Below, in pieces: positions 53,001 to 58,309 of a stretch of DNA of 64,000 nt. The notes under the pieces are model-generated. The model was not told the origin of the DNA and ran no database searches. It saw nothing but the letters and a program-made list of their open reading frames with translations. The first letter of the stretch is position 1. Each line of letters begins with the position of its first letter. This DNA comes from a virus (Duplodnaviria > Caudoviricetes). Position numbers and translations under genes: made by a program. The stretch lies in the IMG/VR virus record IMGVR_UViG_3300020050_009955, positions 1 to 64,000 of that record; one strand, written 5' to 3'.

Positions 53001-56000
53001 AGTTCACTATGAATGGTGTTTTAGTAGATAGGATTGATCCTGTAACATATGCATTTGGTAAGAAGACTTCTGCTTATACTTTAAATAATAAACTTCTAAA
53101 TGCATTCTTAGATGCATTAAAAAATCCAAAGATTTTTACAATAGGTTTTAATGGAGCTAATGCTAATTTAGTAGATTCGGCTCTATCTGTAGGTGGATTG
53201 AATTTTGAAGATGTAGTATTGATGTTTAATCACCCTTTAATAAAAGAAGCCTTTAAGAAAAGATCTTTCAATGATTTAATGAAAGAGGTTGAAAAATCAG
53301 TTGTAGACGCTGAAGGTAAGTATAAAGAAAGTTTCTTAAAATTAGCAGTTACAACTAATGATTTAAAAGAAGCATATAAAATACATAAAGCAAATTTACT
53401 TTCAGAAGTAGCTATAGCTAAAGATGATACTGCAGATGCTACTTTTAAACAGAGTGATGATGATGCTTTACAAACTTCAGAACAAATACCATCATCTGAA
53501 GAAACTACATCAGAAGGATTCAAGCAAGAAGATAATTTAGGACTTGATACAGATGATGCACTAACAAAGATGTTACAAGTATTGCTAAAAATACATAAGA
53601 TATCAGGTCAAAAATTCAAATACATAGCATTAATTAATAATGCACAAGACAAACCTTCTTCACTTTCTGATATATTTAAATGGGAAACAGACATTAAGAA
53701 ATTATTTAATGAAGAATTTTTAGAAGATTTAGTAAGCAAAGCAGCAATCTTAGATTCTAAGAAAACTGTAGATGATTTATATAAAAATTTAAAAAGTTTA
53801 ATAGGTGACCTTAGAGAAAAGAATTCTAAGAAAACTATTTTGGCTCCAGATGTACAATTTGATACTGAAAAGATCTTAGAAAAAACCCCTCATTTAATTG
53901 TATCTCTAATGCAAACGTTGATTCATATAGAAAATTTAAAAAAGAATTTTGCTATTCTTTCTCCAAATGCATTAGCTGTTGCAGGTTCATTCTTACCTAC
54001 TTTAGATGCCCAGAGAGCTGATTCTAATTCCGCAAAAATGTTATCTGTATATACATTATCAGACATGCTAATATCTAGTTTTGTTTCTGATTTAATTAAT
54101 ACAAGAGGAGCTACTATTAGTAAATATAATTCTAAAGAATCTGAATTAAGCAGAAGATCTTATGAGGGTATTGCAGCATTTAACCATAAATTTGCGCAGA
54201 AAATAAAAGCTGTTGAAGAATTAGAATCTAAATTACAGTTAAAGAATAAATACTTTAGAAAAAATATATTCCTAGAACATATTCTCGTAAATATTGGTAA
54301 TCTAATTCAAGTAAAAGCTTCTGAAGCATATTCTATAGCAAATTTTGAAAGTGTTGATTATTTCACAGCATTTAATAATCTATCTAGATATGCATTTGAA
54401 GAAGTGTTAGATGAGAATGGAAACTTTGTTGGATATTCAGCTTATGAAGATTTTGCACAAACTGAATCTTCTTTACAGCAAGATTTTGTAACATATGCCA
54501 CATTTAAATATGGACTTAGAGCTGCAGGAAATAATTACATAGGGGCTATAGCTCCTGAATACTTAGCTAAATATACTAAGTTTATAAATAGGATGTATAA
54601 AATTTGGTTAACACGTAATCCAGATGTATCTAATCTTAAAGATCTATTTAAAATATATGCAGGATTAAAATATTTCAAATCAGTTCCTACTGTAGCTAAG
54701 TACACAAAAGATGATACTGGTAATTACGAAACAACTCTTAGAGATAATAAAGATGGAGTATTCACTACAGCTTTAAAGAACGAGCTAAGAAAAGAATTTG
54801 GTAGAGATTTTTATTTTGACCATGCAATTATGTATGATTCTAAAAATGCTACACCTGATCTCTTTCTAAGACTCAATGATGAGAAGAATATTCAGAAGCA
54901 AAAATTTTTAGTGCGAGTAGCTGTACTAAAAGAAGGTGGACAAAAGGCTGTTGCATTATATCAAAAGATATCTCATGGTGAAACTTTACTAACACAAAGA
55001 CCTTATAAAATAGCAGATCACTTTTTAACAGATAAGCCAACTATGAAATTTATACCTAGTGTTGGGTATTTCATACATGATGAAACTGTTTTGGATTCTG
55101 AAGGAAATCAAGTAGCAAATGAGTTCTCTGTACCTTATAATAAAGAAACACATAAAGATCATAACTTAGCCCCACAGATTTATGGTACTTATTATGATGA
55201 TGTTTTAAGACATAATTTATCTCTATTGGAATTAGTTAATTACGAGACTTATAAGGAAGATAATGTATTAAAATTTAGGGTTGTTCAATCAGATATAGGG
55301 TATAGGAATTTTGATGAGAGTACAAATAGGTACACTGATTCTAAGCAAACACAAGATGAAATAAATCAAAAGGATGTTAAACTTAGAAGACAATATTTTG
55401 CTATGCAAAAAGCTCCTATTGATTATTTTGATATATCAAAAGGATCTAGATATTTTGGACCTAATAATGTATTAGTACATATGACTAATGAGGTAAATAT
55501 ACCTCTTAACAAACAAGCTAAATTAGCACATTTCTCTAACAGAGATGGTAAACTTTCTGGAAAGAGGAAGAAATTGTCACAAATGGATTATTCTGAAATA
55601 GGAACAACTAATAAGTTAGTAACAGGCAAGAAAGGATTTGGTTTCCCTCTTGTTGTTAATCAAACAAACGATTCTAAGAATCCTACCAAAGAGTTTAATG
55701 CTTCAAAATCTACAATAGTTAAAAGTTTAAGACTACTATTTACTGAAGCAAAAAATAATCCTGATAAGATTTTCCAAATGGTATTTAATGATGTAGCAGA
55801 TGGATCTAAATTGACTCTAGCTGAGTTTGCTTCTTATATTGTAAATGCAAAAGTTCCAATACCTTCTAACATATTCATGAATCCTAAGCTATATAATGAA
55901 GTAAAAAGATTATCTGATATACAAAGAGAAGATAAATTAGTAACCCCTAAAGAGAAAGTAGTAGATTTGGCACAACCTATTGATGTAATAATATTAGACA

Positions 56001-57007
56001 GCACTGTAGCTGAAGAAGCTGAAGAAATTAAAAAGAATTGTGAAGGGTCTGGAGGACTTACAGCAGAGTCTGGATTAACAATTGGATTCACTCCAGGATC
56101 TAAATGGTCTTTAGTTAAAGATCTTAAAGGTCCTTCACATGCACAAGGTGGTATAGATTTATCTATTGATAATGGAAAAGTTATGTACTCAGATGGAAAT
56201 ACTAAGTTTCATGCAGCTAATGGATTAGTATTACCAGCAAATACTCCTGATCCTCTTTTGGGGAATATAGCAAACACAATAAATTTACCAGAAATTGAAA
56301 TTACGGCTAAAAGAACTTTGTTAGATAATTTAAAAGGAGGTGTTAGAAAGATTAAAAATAATGTAACTAATACAATAAATAAAATTCCAAATTATTTGAT
56401 GGATGCTGTAGAACAAACAAAGAACTTTGTAACTCATCCAAAAGTTCCTCAAAGCAATGTGGGATATTATATGAAGGAATATTCATCTTTAGCAGCCGCA
56501 CCATTAAATGCTAGACTTTTAATTGCGGATATTCTAGGAAATCGTGAACCCATTACTGAAAGAGATTTAACTGATCAAGAGTTAGAAGCATTAAGAAATG
56601 TAGCTAATACAGCTATGAAAAAAGGACATTCATACATAAAATACCCTGATTACAGTTCTGGAAATAGTAATATAAAACAAGCAAATAATCCAGAAAGTAG
56701 ATTACAGTTTTTAAAAAATCAATTTGATCCAGAATATAGAATAAAAACTGCTATAGGTCAAGCAAACATAGAAATTAATGATAAAGACACTTTCGTAGTA
56801 GATAAATATAATTTTAATGATGCTGGAAAAAAATCTTTAAAAGAGATTTTAGCTATACAAAATGGTAGTCCTTATAGTGCTGTAAGAGGTCTTGCATCTT
56901 TGATGGGATCACCTAAGGGAGAAGGAGCACCAATTAAAATTAAATTAAATAAGAAAAAACAGAAATCTATACCATTGCAAAATAGATGGGATTTAATAAC
57001 TGATTAA
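38045..57007 (+). CDS. Giant virion-packaged RNA polymerase polyprotein (6320 aa)
   Basis: Catalytic GWDFDVD (52340-52360) preceded by FRIPS, plus RTDG, KSSNKVG, IGIYA and FLDALKNP as in crAss-like two-barrel vRNAPs. Also SF1 helicase, HExxH zincin and YkuD motifs. Confidence 0.9.
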   Translation: MIDTTPLIPNTPIPYSGEPRKQYTPGPEVQRNNEQLARQIQHPTFGDIYTRDVSGTPYKDFKSYDTNISPYSNQAFLRGENQKWYEQAVNGTLNMIPSTILKVVGTGASLAGGFGGLLSGKGFIKGASENAASQSLREIEDYFKNEILPVHGTRAYFEGNAVSRLGTTSWLFNDFADGVSFMASAYLTGLGIQGILGKMGSITKGLQQFGLTAASEKNIASFAAKQLIKFKDASGLATKHLATGFVNTVFEASAEAHDSREQIETYYNAKIQAAESSGDTQLVKQLEHEKEINADSAMASTFLFNAALLGFTNTLLEAKWFLNKAESSNTALKNELLAKGVRDQSDEALEGLINSAKEGIKKPNYLREFGKGVFNEAYIEENYQAAVQNRFFNKYSQTQDEKDNSIFSNMGYDLGSIILQSAKNAKGFTKDVLALPFHALGLDTSGFETKTGSAEDEAAQAMFAAVGISGPMAMKAAHSEYIQDLEAVGEVSQEVKNLVNIVKLSGEHLIENVRQPLRKFTNTSVDADGKANTEETIVNPVTGKHEFDPVEFAKGNKRGANVLDKHKKAVQAVMAEDEEALSIISDQVTNEWGYDLFSLSQGRITDDELQIILDNHPAFQNKDLQQLGLDNIIADRKDTLKKSVETLKKLSSKYEIMSDFIPQADLSKLTDEEREIEINKRFDKSLDRSIRNDVMRTEFFVNYNKDAVLKADDTLQAYKDDTAIDEEVLKNMTPEQGGRYLDLIDYNQALADLAKGDKSITKQIITKQLTRSSKFQRDYLDILKRHNKVSEDLKEAKTEKEKAELSQKSKELQEEFDQKKYLKEEEEKIEGWEAITSSLQVGDSKISVPHYSVSDSIERKVGARRLYNGNLKTSIRANTAGKLVAKDVLDARLTPILNEIKTGPITGQRLAEIVQELSDLVTNVSSVSLGSPVLLQILEKLRKDYLLSEEAIISANKDLKNIIVGDNGPVDTSIVGELETLIELIDGGQGEEVAGFLDDEDSPLHNLFNLVDKQRNNSNASPELKKAIVDTYQQFIIDTANKFLEGPELAAILATDLNSNEDVFKRIVSFVVDIDNSESLVKLREFVSEYFDKNGSNNSQAIEQLKQLINTKAPKSRIQDDLNAVKEIKRNPDEFNISEAYKSLTSIAQELIPIFAELTDIALLYTGDDRIKVAQNHTVKDTNINNYTDLEKVFQAIYDLKNAKKVFENRKDISDEFRTKMLDKINTQLTLLNIIEERVQANVYKSDLQNQLYLDHKTFGLLSAFGIMTKNSDVDPENAVVKLFQEILKDTDINVVDELTRHRDSKSLSALMGFISLAQTKANPEQIKEINTLLDNFAEGLQLEILSKHANLFRGKESVPGTFAEFAKNPSKKARSFFLHTFFMFDGRKIKDNKVQEDKLNAYKQDPKSGFFQITEHNNFLEALKIANEDVKRGLISEVEYDNLKIFVNQILRPLQGIEALKNNLNSKYSYATLQEEVFKISGQKNLNLSQQQFAAMMDSLLFLLSDNNSNVDQLGYAAVLSGVLGSGKSTLVGLLTNIHAKLTGKDSVKHVLGTAHVDVASENINKHIDSTSTQNKTVGQLTSDDLKDTEILVVDEAFAMSNDQIDSLHLLIKEINALRTSNKIKVLFVGDMSQNRLDQDHILASDTFTRDNGVIKSAQALTIISPLATIYRTSIDAIASTLFKFKDSIEDIAAVDTKSTITSLQEYTNQALGIVQVNSEALPQFLAARDTTRSALVIVNSSEEVGKFIASLTQFTQKSLKELNIEVKSYYDVQSLTRDEAYILLDKTKPGHHGQMFTNKTFNSAMYTSIGRAKQFVGISGNSVIVNSEKQELDDAISIGEIIKQKLKDATTNFENGFIYAMGKYFDKAVTKNTTKEKEAEKTEETDVVPIDIDKDDKEDLDEDNNPIPDQPEDEDYTNPDGTSNDIITEIGSKTDSSLSARLNNTNNAAIKRVLKGRTSTDGVDAIVVKREKVLPTGGTQIMYSIMVPDISGNYHEVAVLDTEELNGTFVSLINDNIPVLDVFREGLRESDLAPHQVGRFKLSYLSNGKYDNTGEEKNTNLSDLVIQWAKGFYGDNWKDSPLFNKDGSIDWSKFQTSVITRKLYDQLKLSERGFSAGILGATILRIKEYNPKAPKSLDQFIILNTQQAHLSKGWYNKTVAPIQKFYAATKAVEDILVAEPFVTANVNDYNLYLGDSKLRFNTDLLDAFAREAYTYGDVALRKNSLEILRNILSGDALKFNMKNISDEQLLKLQDALHELVGLAYIKKSKQLVIPNTPEAIKELEDTYGKGYTFDLTTHPTHNKKPNTKFIIVKVLNENNEPIKFLVQSHSLGNSEVQKAFKNFSRNAGDRKFKGHTLNVTHTYTKEGRNGLEVEKVSSPKTLVSLRRGSKNGKTGQSSIGWYGLMKARFRWMISEHPNGTRYAENVQDKQALSTLRKEFNRIIDTEFNGKGKYIGGNDELIERLSRDFPEEMNHVLDSLYDESTVPVTSTLLQAISEIAENTPIYLDPQQKVNPDGSVSEGEPTPLRINMDAGIGSRVMTDSKTRDFVESATTNRFINYTPGGVELELKEKPNDGETLKSASLKRVNANINNEEAVYKKVSYNPNVDTIVEQHIKVIADMVKDHLGSINFFVDEKQGDVLGGVTYFRDIDNNPVVLFGKETIGLSLFYHEVIHALTQQVILKDDKDCTEKELLFKKRISNIFNLFKDNLKDYSDLSIEDILGSTWSDLDEHEFIANLTNTKLVEILQQMKVQDIKSKNLFQAILDAILNLFGLTEKDNPDLYELTLKSLSDLITKDAANSGPDVIIAPVPIDVIPLPSEKKPWKARTKQETEISNLEYKIRALDIADDSATKEIERLEEANKQLEGIIPEIQEALDNVKKKLKEKKESKTPVVGEQNQSPITVQPDEQFLSNVVESQVSIDDIENIADEEDIDESEVVDRIKQEVRNSIDNLIPAKPLGKTLQRIITKILNSLFSFALVVTTMFGNLPGLNAYDYRDKVITTESISSQFIESKIKNSEVYQQLTEDGKIILINQAKLKSDKPFILVDKPTATAYIFNKDGVLQKSFPVVLGAAIGDSANQADVNSTRPGKYATTPAGRYNLKYGGGSEEDYINYHNKAYYLTDSKTGKLAKNGVSLHIVYQGELEKRTKALNTPTPNDNRLSWGCVNVDEKIWDESIAPIVDSGLDVIITRDFQTTPFLSFSNDTSTTNRIDGRVANIISDLELNKASLDYEYSERALETLLDRARKVMTDNRDIIKKYQDKINSNAKERTSLLKELKKLKKNLEPQVEEPKQTPKQRVDSFSLKARKYISEHGWSMEPSELIRFNEFLEKVEKFKVPGMAVKYIEKVLPTFNTTNKLFHLNFSTTLGADSQSTSPDSTFLKVANQGLMSLTKEFGGSVALLNEALFQTRKSVYEAMNGNTLTGLADPISFQKAKGIAYKNLSEDAGNMVQQFLITLENSGPLINSLNIDSIQKAVRVFEEKRQALSLLDEGTDLYNDTETIVETLNNIILQYRTPILALEKMANDKSIFFKLLNQVFNNWTVFELTPEDEQTEKDQANLANEIQNNEEVNIIESFSTEVKNFLSLIPIRDENDRIVSFVMPKTAITFLAELLHDDIDLYSVESTRQLRVSLVTMQRNGIIDKSKKAILDKLIQTIERFNLSQNEVVTRDKQGRETGRKIENILPKTTTIFIDYFGDHLDAINIPVYLIQAVDPADSLDLTGMSHKEAVYEYGDRVTVTKYADMETLLKANPEANQDLLKKMYYIHQAYNDLTNIKVYLGSLMNVNYIQGSEDSYSTGYGEERILDRKSSLTRVSGSNILNKSKNQLANLLIDIFSGSAFRMNGKVVTVNKSNVRDVFSGLINKLSTDPQSGVLELLKILNSANLLNFDDSVKSTIAYNELIKNIATSFVELYNKVLDDKEVLNRIFELNNSEDKLNETQIDQRRELNALFYRDVKFDALAVSFRQLAKAHVEVRGFNSIKTVDGKRLASFIPTSTFREVLKDYRRYKEGKTSRFLNSEFFGENIFLNGVNSIKDTTTRFYALESGRYIYNATGLSAAKKVSIAFNDAFISSIANTDVYFQMIYQQGEATKPEMPQVSFLKYEGIEKALDSMLKQLLVLDTDQVAQKKYQKEHRLNFSLYENAKKDLGKEDSSLSDANYRKQLVDHMIKQLFSRAQEMRKGLKSSQIPLTGNLRKAYTKVKASYVDSRSNTALASVLDFTQLAENLDDYYPHSTSFKDRIYPDDNELDLILFSFVANNYVNSFGLSQLAYGDFNMYGDIETLVKRAQMSASPGYLPLIHSKYGVERYANILMGTDVETPGSEYMKLLGNFNLSAREIEEIRDQLRDGDKFDSIERTDGVVFVTPRYFAKLQKSFGSGLNLRNVMKDQAFGWSEEIIADKEHYFATKEELYKYLKETKGLEKPIQNTHYIEELAEGYKDVISGYYPTKVKMQPVGLKNAMVVLDEAFIQQNSASREQLTKLKKLLDTAEVNGKNIDMLVFKSSNKVGAESTHNIFDNDGKLIENSEQNIEDSIIKLDMSLFKIQYNPHSEDTTTAVPRQLLHFANTIVDSPNSPEAQELYSTLASIQNLSYLNKFGSYDLDMSTIRGMFESTVQKGDENFVILSGISAGLPLDHPSLAVKAISSLGSTLNSIASRIRVPGGKLILRSDIGYELKDGKTKRKLTIGTSELGTPYAEAVIPAHFLTSAQKDAIASGKPLFIIPEMFGFRIPSGDMNAGLMIKVVDFYETEGRSNIAILPDLEIFKQGWDFDVDALFLLNFAELDKDYSIGKLNLTKGSLPGFELSKDGKSVYNILNGDSFEEFEKDLIAEVKSANNRIDSIENKLQSFKTAESKESLEYKELSSNLRREKKAIKDLNKIRITALKNRFVRGFFMLYNNPKNAGRILDVTTTKVIDNAIAMLRKDGLYDETPSMDLSFLEDNIAQYLNVNEASKAIGIYAKGSSVNAYIGHAGQLGTNNRPQIGEEMQFTMNGVLVDRIDPVTYAFGKKTSAYTLNNKLLNAFLDALKNPKIFTIGFNGANANLVDSALSVGGLNFEDVVLMFNHPLIKEAFKKRSFNDLMKEVEKSVVDAEGKYKESFLKLAVTTNDLKEAYKIHKANLLSEVAIAKDDTADATFKQSDDDALQTSEQIPSSEETTSEGFKQEDNLGLDTDDALTKMLQVLLKIHKISGQKFKYIALINNAQDKPSSLSDIFKWETDIKKLFNEEFLEDLVSKAAILDSKKTVDDLYKNLKSLIGDLREKNSKKTILAPDVQFDTEKILEKTPHLIVSLMQTLIHIENLKKNFAILSPNALAVAGSFLPTLDAQRADSNSAKMLSVYTLSDMLISSFVSDLINTRGATISKYNSKESELSRRSYEGIAAFNHKFAQKIKAVEELESKLQLKNKYFRKNIFLEHILVNIGNLIQVKASEAYSIANFESVDYFTAFNNLSRYAFEEVLDENGNFVGYSAYEDFAQTESSLQQDFVTYATFKYGLRAAGNNYIGAIAPEYLAKYTKFINRMYKIWLTRNPDVSNLKDLFKIYAGLKYFKSVPTVAKYTKDDTGNYETTLRDNKDGVFTTALKNELRKEFGRDFYFDHAIMYDSKNATPDLFLRLNDEKNIQKQKFLVRVAVLKEGGQKAVALYQKISHGETLLTQRPYKIADHFLTDKPTMKFIPSVGYFIHDETVLDSEGNQVANEFSVPYNKETHKDHNLAPQIYGTYYDDVLRHNLSLLELVNYETYKEDNVLKFRVVQSDIGYRNFDESTNRYTDSKQTQDEINQKDVKLRRQYFAMQKAPIDYFDISKGSRYFGPNNVLVHMTNEVNIPLNKQAKLAHFSNRDGKLSGKRKKLSQMDYSEIGTTNKLVTGKKGFGFPLVVNQTNDSKNPTKEFNASKSTIVKSLRLLFTEAKNNPDKIFQMVFNDVADGSKLTLAEFASYIVNAKVPIPSNIFMNPKLYNEVKRLSDIQREDKLVTPKEKVVDLAQPIDVIILDSTVAEEAEEIKKNCEGSGGLTAESGLTIGFTPGSKWSLVKDLKGPSHAQGGIDLSIDNGKVMYSDGNTKFHAANGLVLPANTPDPLLGNIANTINLPEIEITAKRTLLDNLKGGVRKIKNNVTNTINKIPNYLMDAVEQTKNFVTHPKVPQSNVGYYMKEYSSLAAAPLNARLLIADILGNREPITERDLTDQELEALRNVANTAMKKGHSYIKYPDYSSGNSNIKQANNPESRLQFLKNQFDPEYRIKTAIGQANIEINDKDTFVVDKYNFNDAGKKSLKEILAIQNGSPYSAVRGLASLMGSPKGEGAPIKIKLNKKKQKSIPLQNRWDLITD
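42480..43520 (+). other. SF1 (RecD/Dda-like) helicase domain within the vRNAP polyprotein
   Basis: GVLGSGKST (42611-42637), LVVDEA, FVGDMSQ, IYRT and YTSIGRAK motifs in order. Confidence 0.8.
45930..46400 (+). other. Zincin-like metallopeptidase domain within the polyprotein
   Basis: HEVIH (46055-46069) and downstream HEFIA. Confidence 0.75.
47170..47630 (+). other. L,D-transpeptidase (YkuD-like) domain within the polyprotein
   Basis: ILVDK....Y....G....FPV..G, TPAG.Y, SLH (His 47459-47461) and SWGCVN (Cys 47543-47545). Confidence 0.8.
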
Positions 57008-57011
57008 AAAT

Positions 57012-57348
57012 ATGAAAACTAAAGTAGAAGCACAAGGTGGTGTTTATAGTATAAAAAATAATATTAATAATAAAATTTATATAGGATCAACCTCAAATTT
57101 TAAAAGAAACTGAAGAAAAACTATCACTACATATGATTGAAACAAGAAAAAGCAAAGATTGGCCTATTTTTGTTGGAGAAAATAATCCAAATAGTAAATT
57201 TACAGATATACAAGTTTCCAATATTAAAGAAATGCTGCATGAAGGTATTAAGCAAAGTGACATTGCTAAAATGTTTAATGTTTCAAAAAGTTGTATTAAT
57301 AAAATTTTTAAGAATAAAAGTTATAAAAATATAAGACATGCGTATTAA
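57012..57348 (+). pseudogene. Internally deleted/frameshifted GIY-YIG homing endonuclease
   Basis: 57012-57113 reads MKTKVEAQGGVYSIKNNINNKIYIGSTSNFKRN-stop (GVY...YIG...R). The +1 frame continues KETEEKLS...GENNPNSK...QSDIAKMFNVSKSCI (NUMOD3-like plus HTH; ORF 57133-57348). The middle of the nuclease domain is missing. Confidence 0.75.
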
Positions 57349-58309
57349 TGCACAGGGAGGCGAGTTAGTATTACGAAACGAACATGGTGATACTATCATT
57401 GTACCACGAGAAAGAAGGAAAGAAGCTATGAAAGCTTTATTAAAAGATGATCATAGGGCTATAGATTCATTAGCTTTGCAGTTACCAAAAGCTGAATCTT
57501 ATGCTGCTGAAGGCACAGTCATGAAAGGTGGGGATCCAGGAAAAGATTTATTTAGACCTGATGGGACAAGAAAAGGAAAAGGATTTTATGGAAACTTGCC
57601 AAACAAAAATGGCAATATTTCTTCTGAATTGTCTATATCTTCTGGAGATATAGAAGACGGAAAAGATGTACTTATTCCTACTTTAATTCCTGGATTAAAT
57701 AAAAGTGAAATAGATTATCTATTATCTAATAAATATAATCCACAATCAAGAAAAGGTATGGATGATATTATATCTAGGAAAGCTATAGATTTTGCGAGAA
57801 GTAGAAAACAACAAGGTTTTCCATATTTTGCACATGATATAGAAGAAGGAGCTTTTAAAATGCCTAATTATGCTACTGGAGGTACTGTATTAAATGGAGA
57901 AGATCCATTTAATACCACACTATTAAAACCACAACCATATAAACCCTCTAATAGAGTTTTAGATGCTAAAGGAGCTCTAGCAGGATTATCTCTAGCTGGT
58001 AATGCATTTGCACCTACTATTGGCTATGGTGCTCAGTTACTAAATGTAGGAGGAGATTTGTATACAGGTACTAGGTATGCTATGGATGGGCAATATAAAA
58101 ATGCTGCAATAGATTATGGCGAAGCTTTAGTTGGATTGATTCCTTCATCAAGAATAATTGGTGGTAAAGGACCATTTGATAAAATTAGAGTAGTGGATAA
58201 TACATACGCTAATAATTTTAATATAGCTCTAGATCTTTTAGACTTATCAAATACTCCAAATAATTATGATATGAAAAAACAAAATAATAAAAACAAAACT
58301 AAAAAGTAA
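57338..58309 (+). CDS. Modular cargo-like protein
   Basis: Three segments separated by YAAEGTV and YATGGTV. The middle segment is an RPDGT.KG.GF.G...IPTLIP domain and the last is Gly/Ala-rich and hydrophobic. Confidence 0.65.
   Translation: MRINAQGGELVLRNEHGDTIIVPRERRKEAMKALLKDDHRAIDSLALQLPKAESYAAEGTVMKGGDPGKDLFRPDGTRKGKGFYGNLPNKNGNISSELSISSGDIEDGKDVLIPTLIPGLNKSEIDYLLSNKYNPQSRKGMDDIISRKAIDFARSRKQQGFPYFAHDIEEGAFKMPNYATGGTVLNGEDPFNTTLLKPQPYKPSNRVLDAKGALAGLSLAGNAFAPTIGYGAQLLNVGGDLYTGTRYAMDGQYKNAAIDYGEALVGLIPSSRIIGGKGPFDKIRVVDNTYANNFNIALDLLDLSNTPNNYDMKKQNNKNKTKK

Noticed and set aside
4517-57007. Inteins in the terminase or vRNAP
   Set aside because: No C...HN-[CST] splice motifs with LAGLIDADG blocks were recognised.
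57012-57348. Functional endonuclease via TGA readthrough or programmed frameshift
   Set aside because: Readthrough meets further stops within about 25 codons, and a frameshift product would still lack most of the GIY-YIG catalytic domain.
57042-57361. Second intron or ribosomal bypass restoring MKTKVEAQGG-ELVL
   Set aside because: No P3/P4/P7 ribozyme elements seen, the segment ends in C rather than G, the gap is 320 nt, and the downstream gene has its own ATG.
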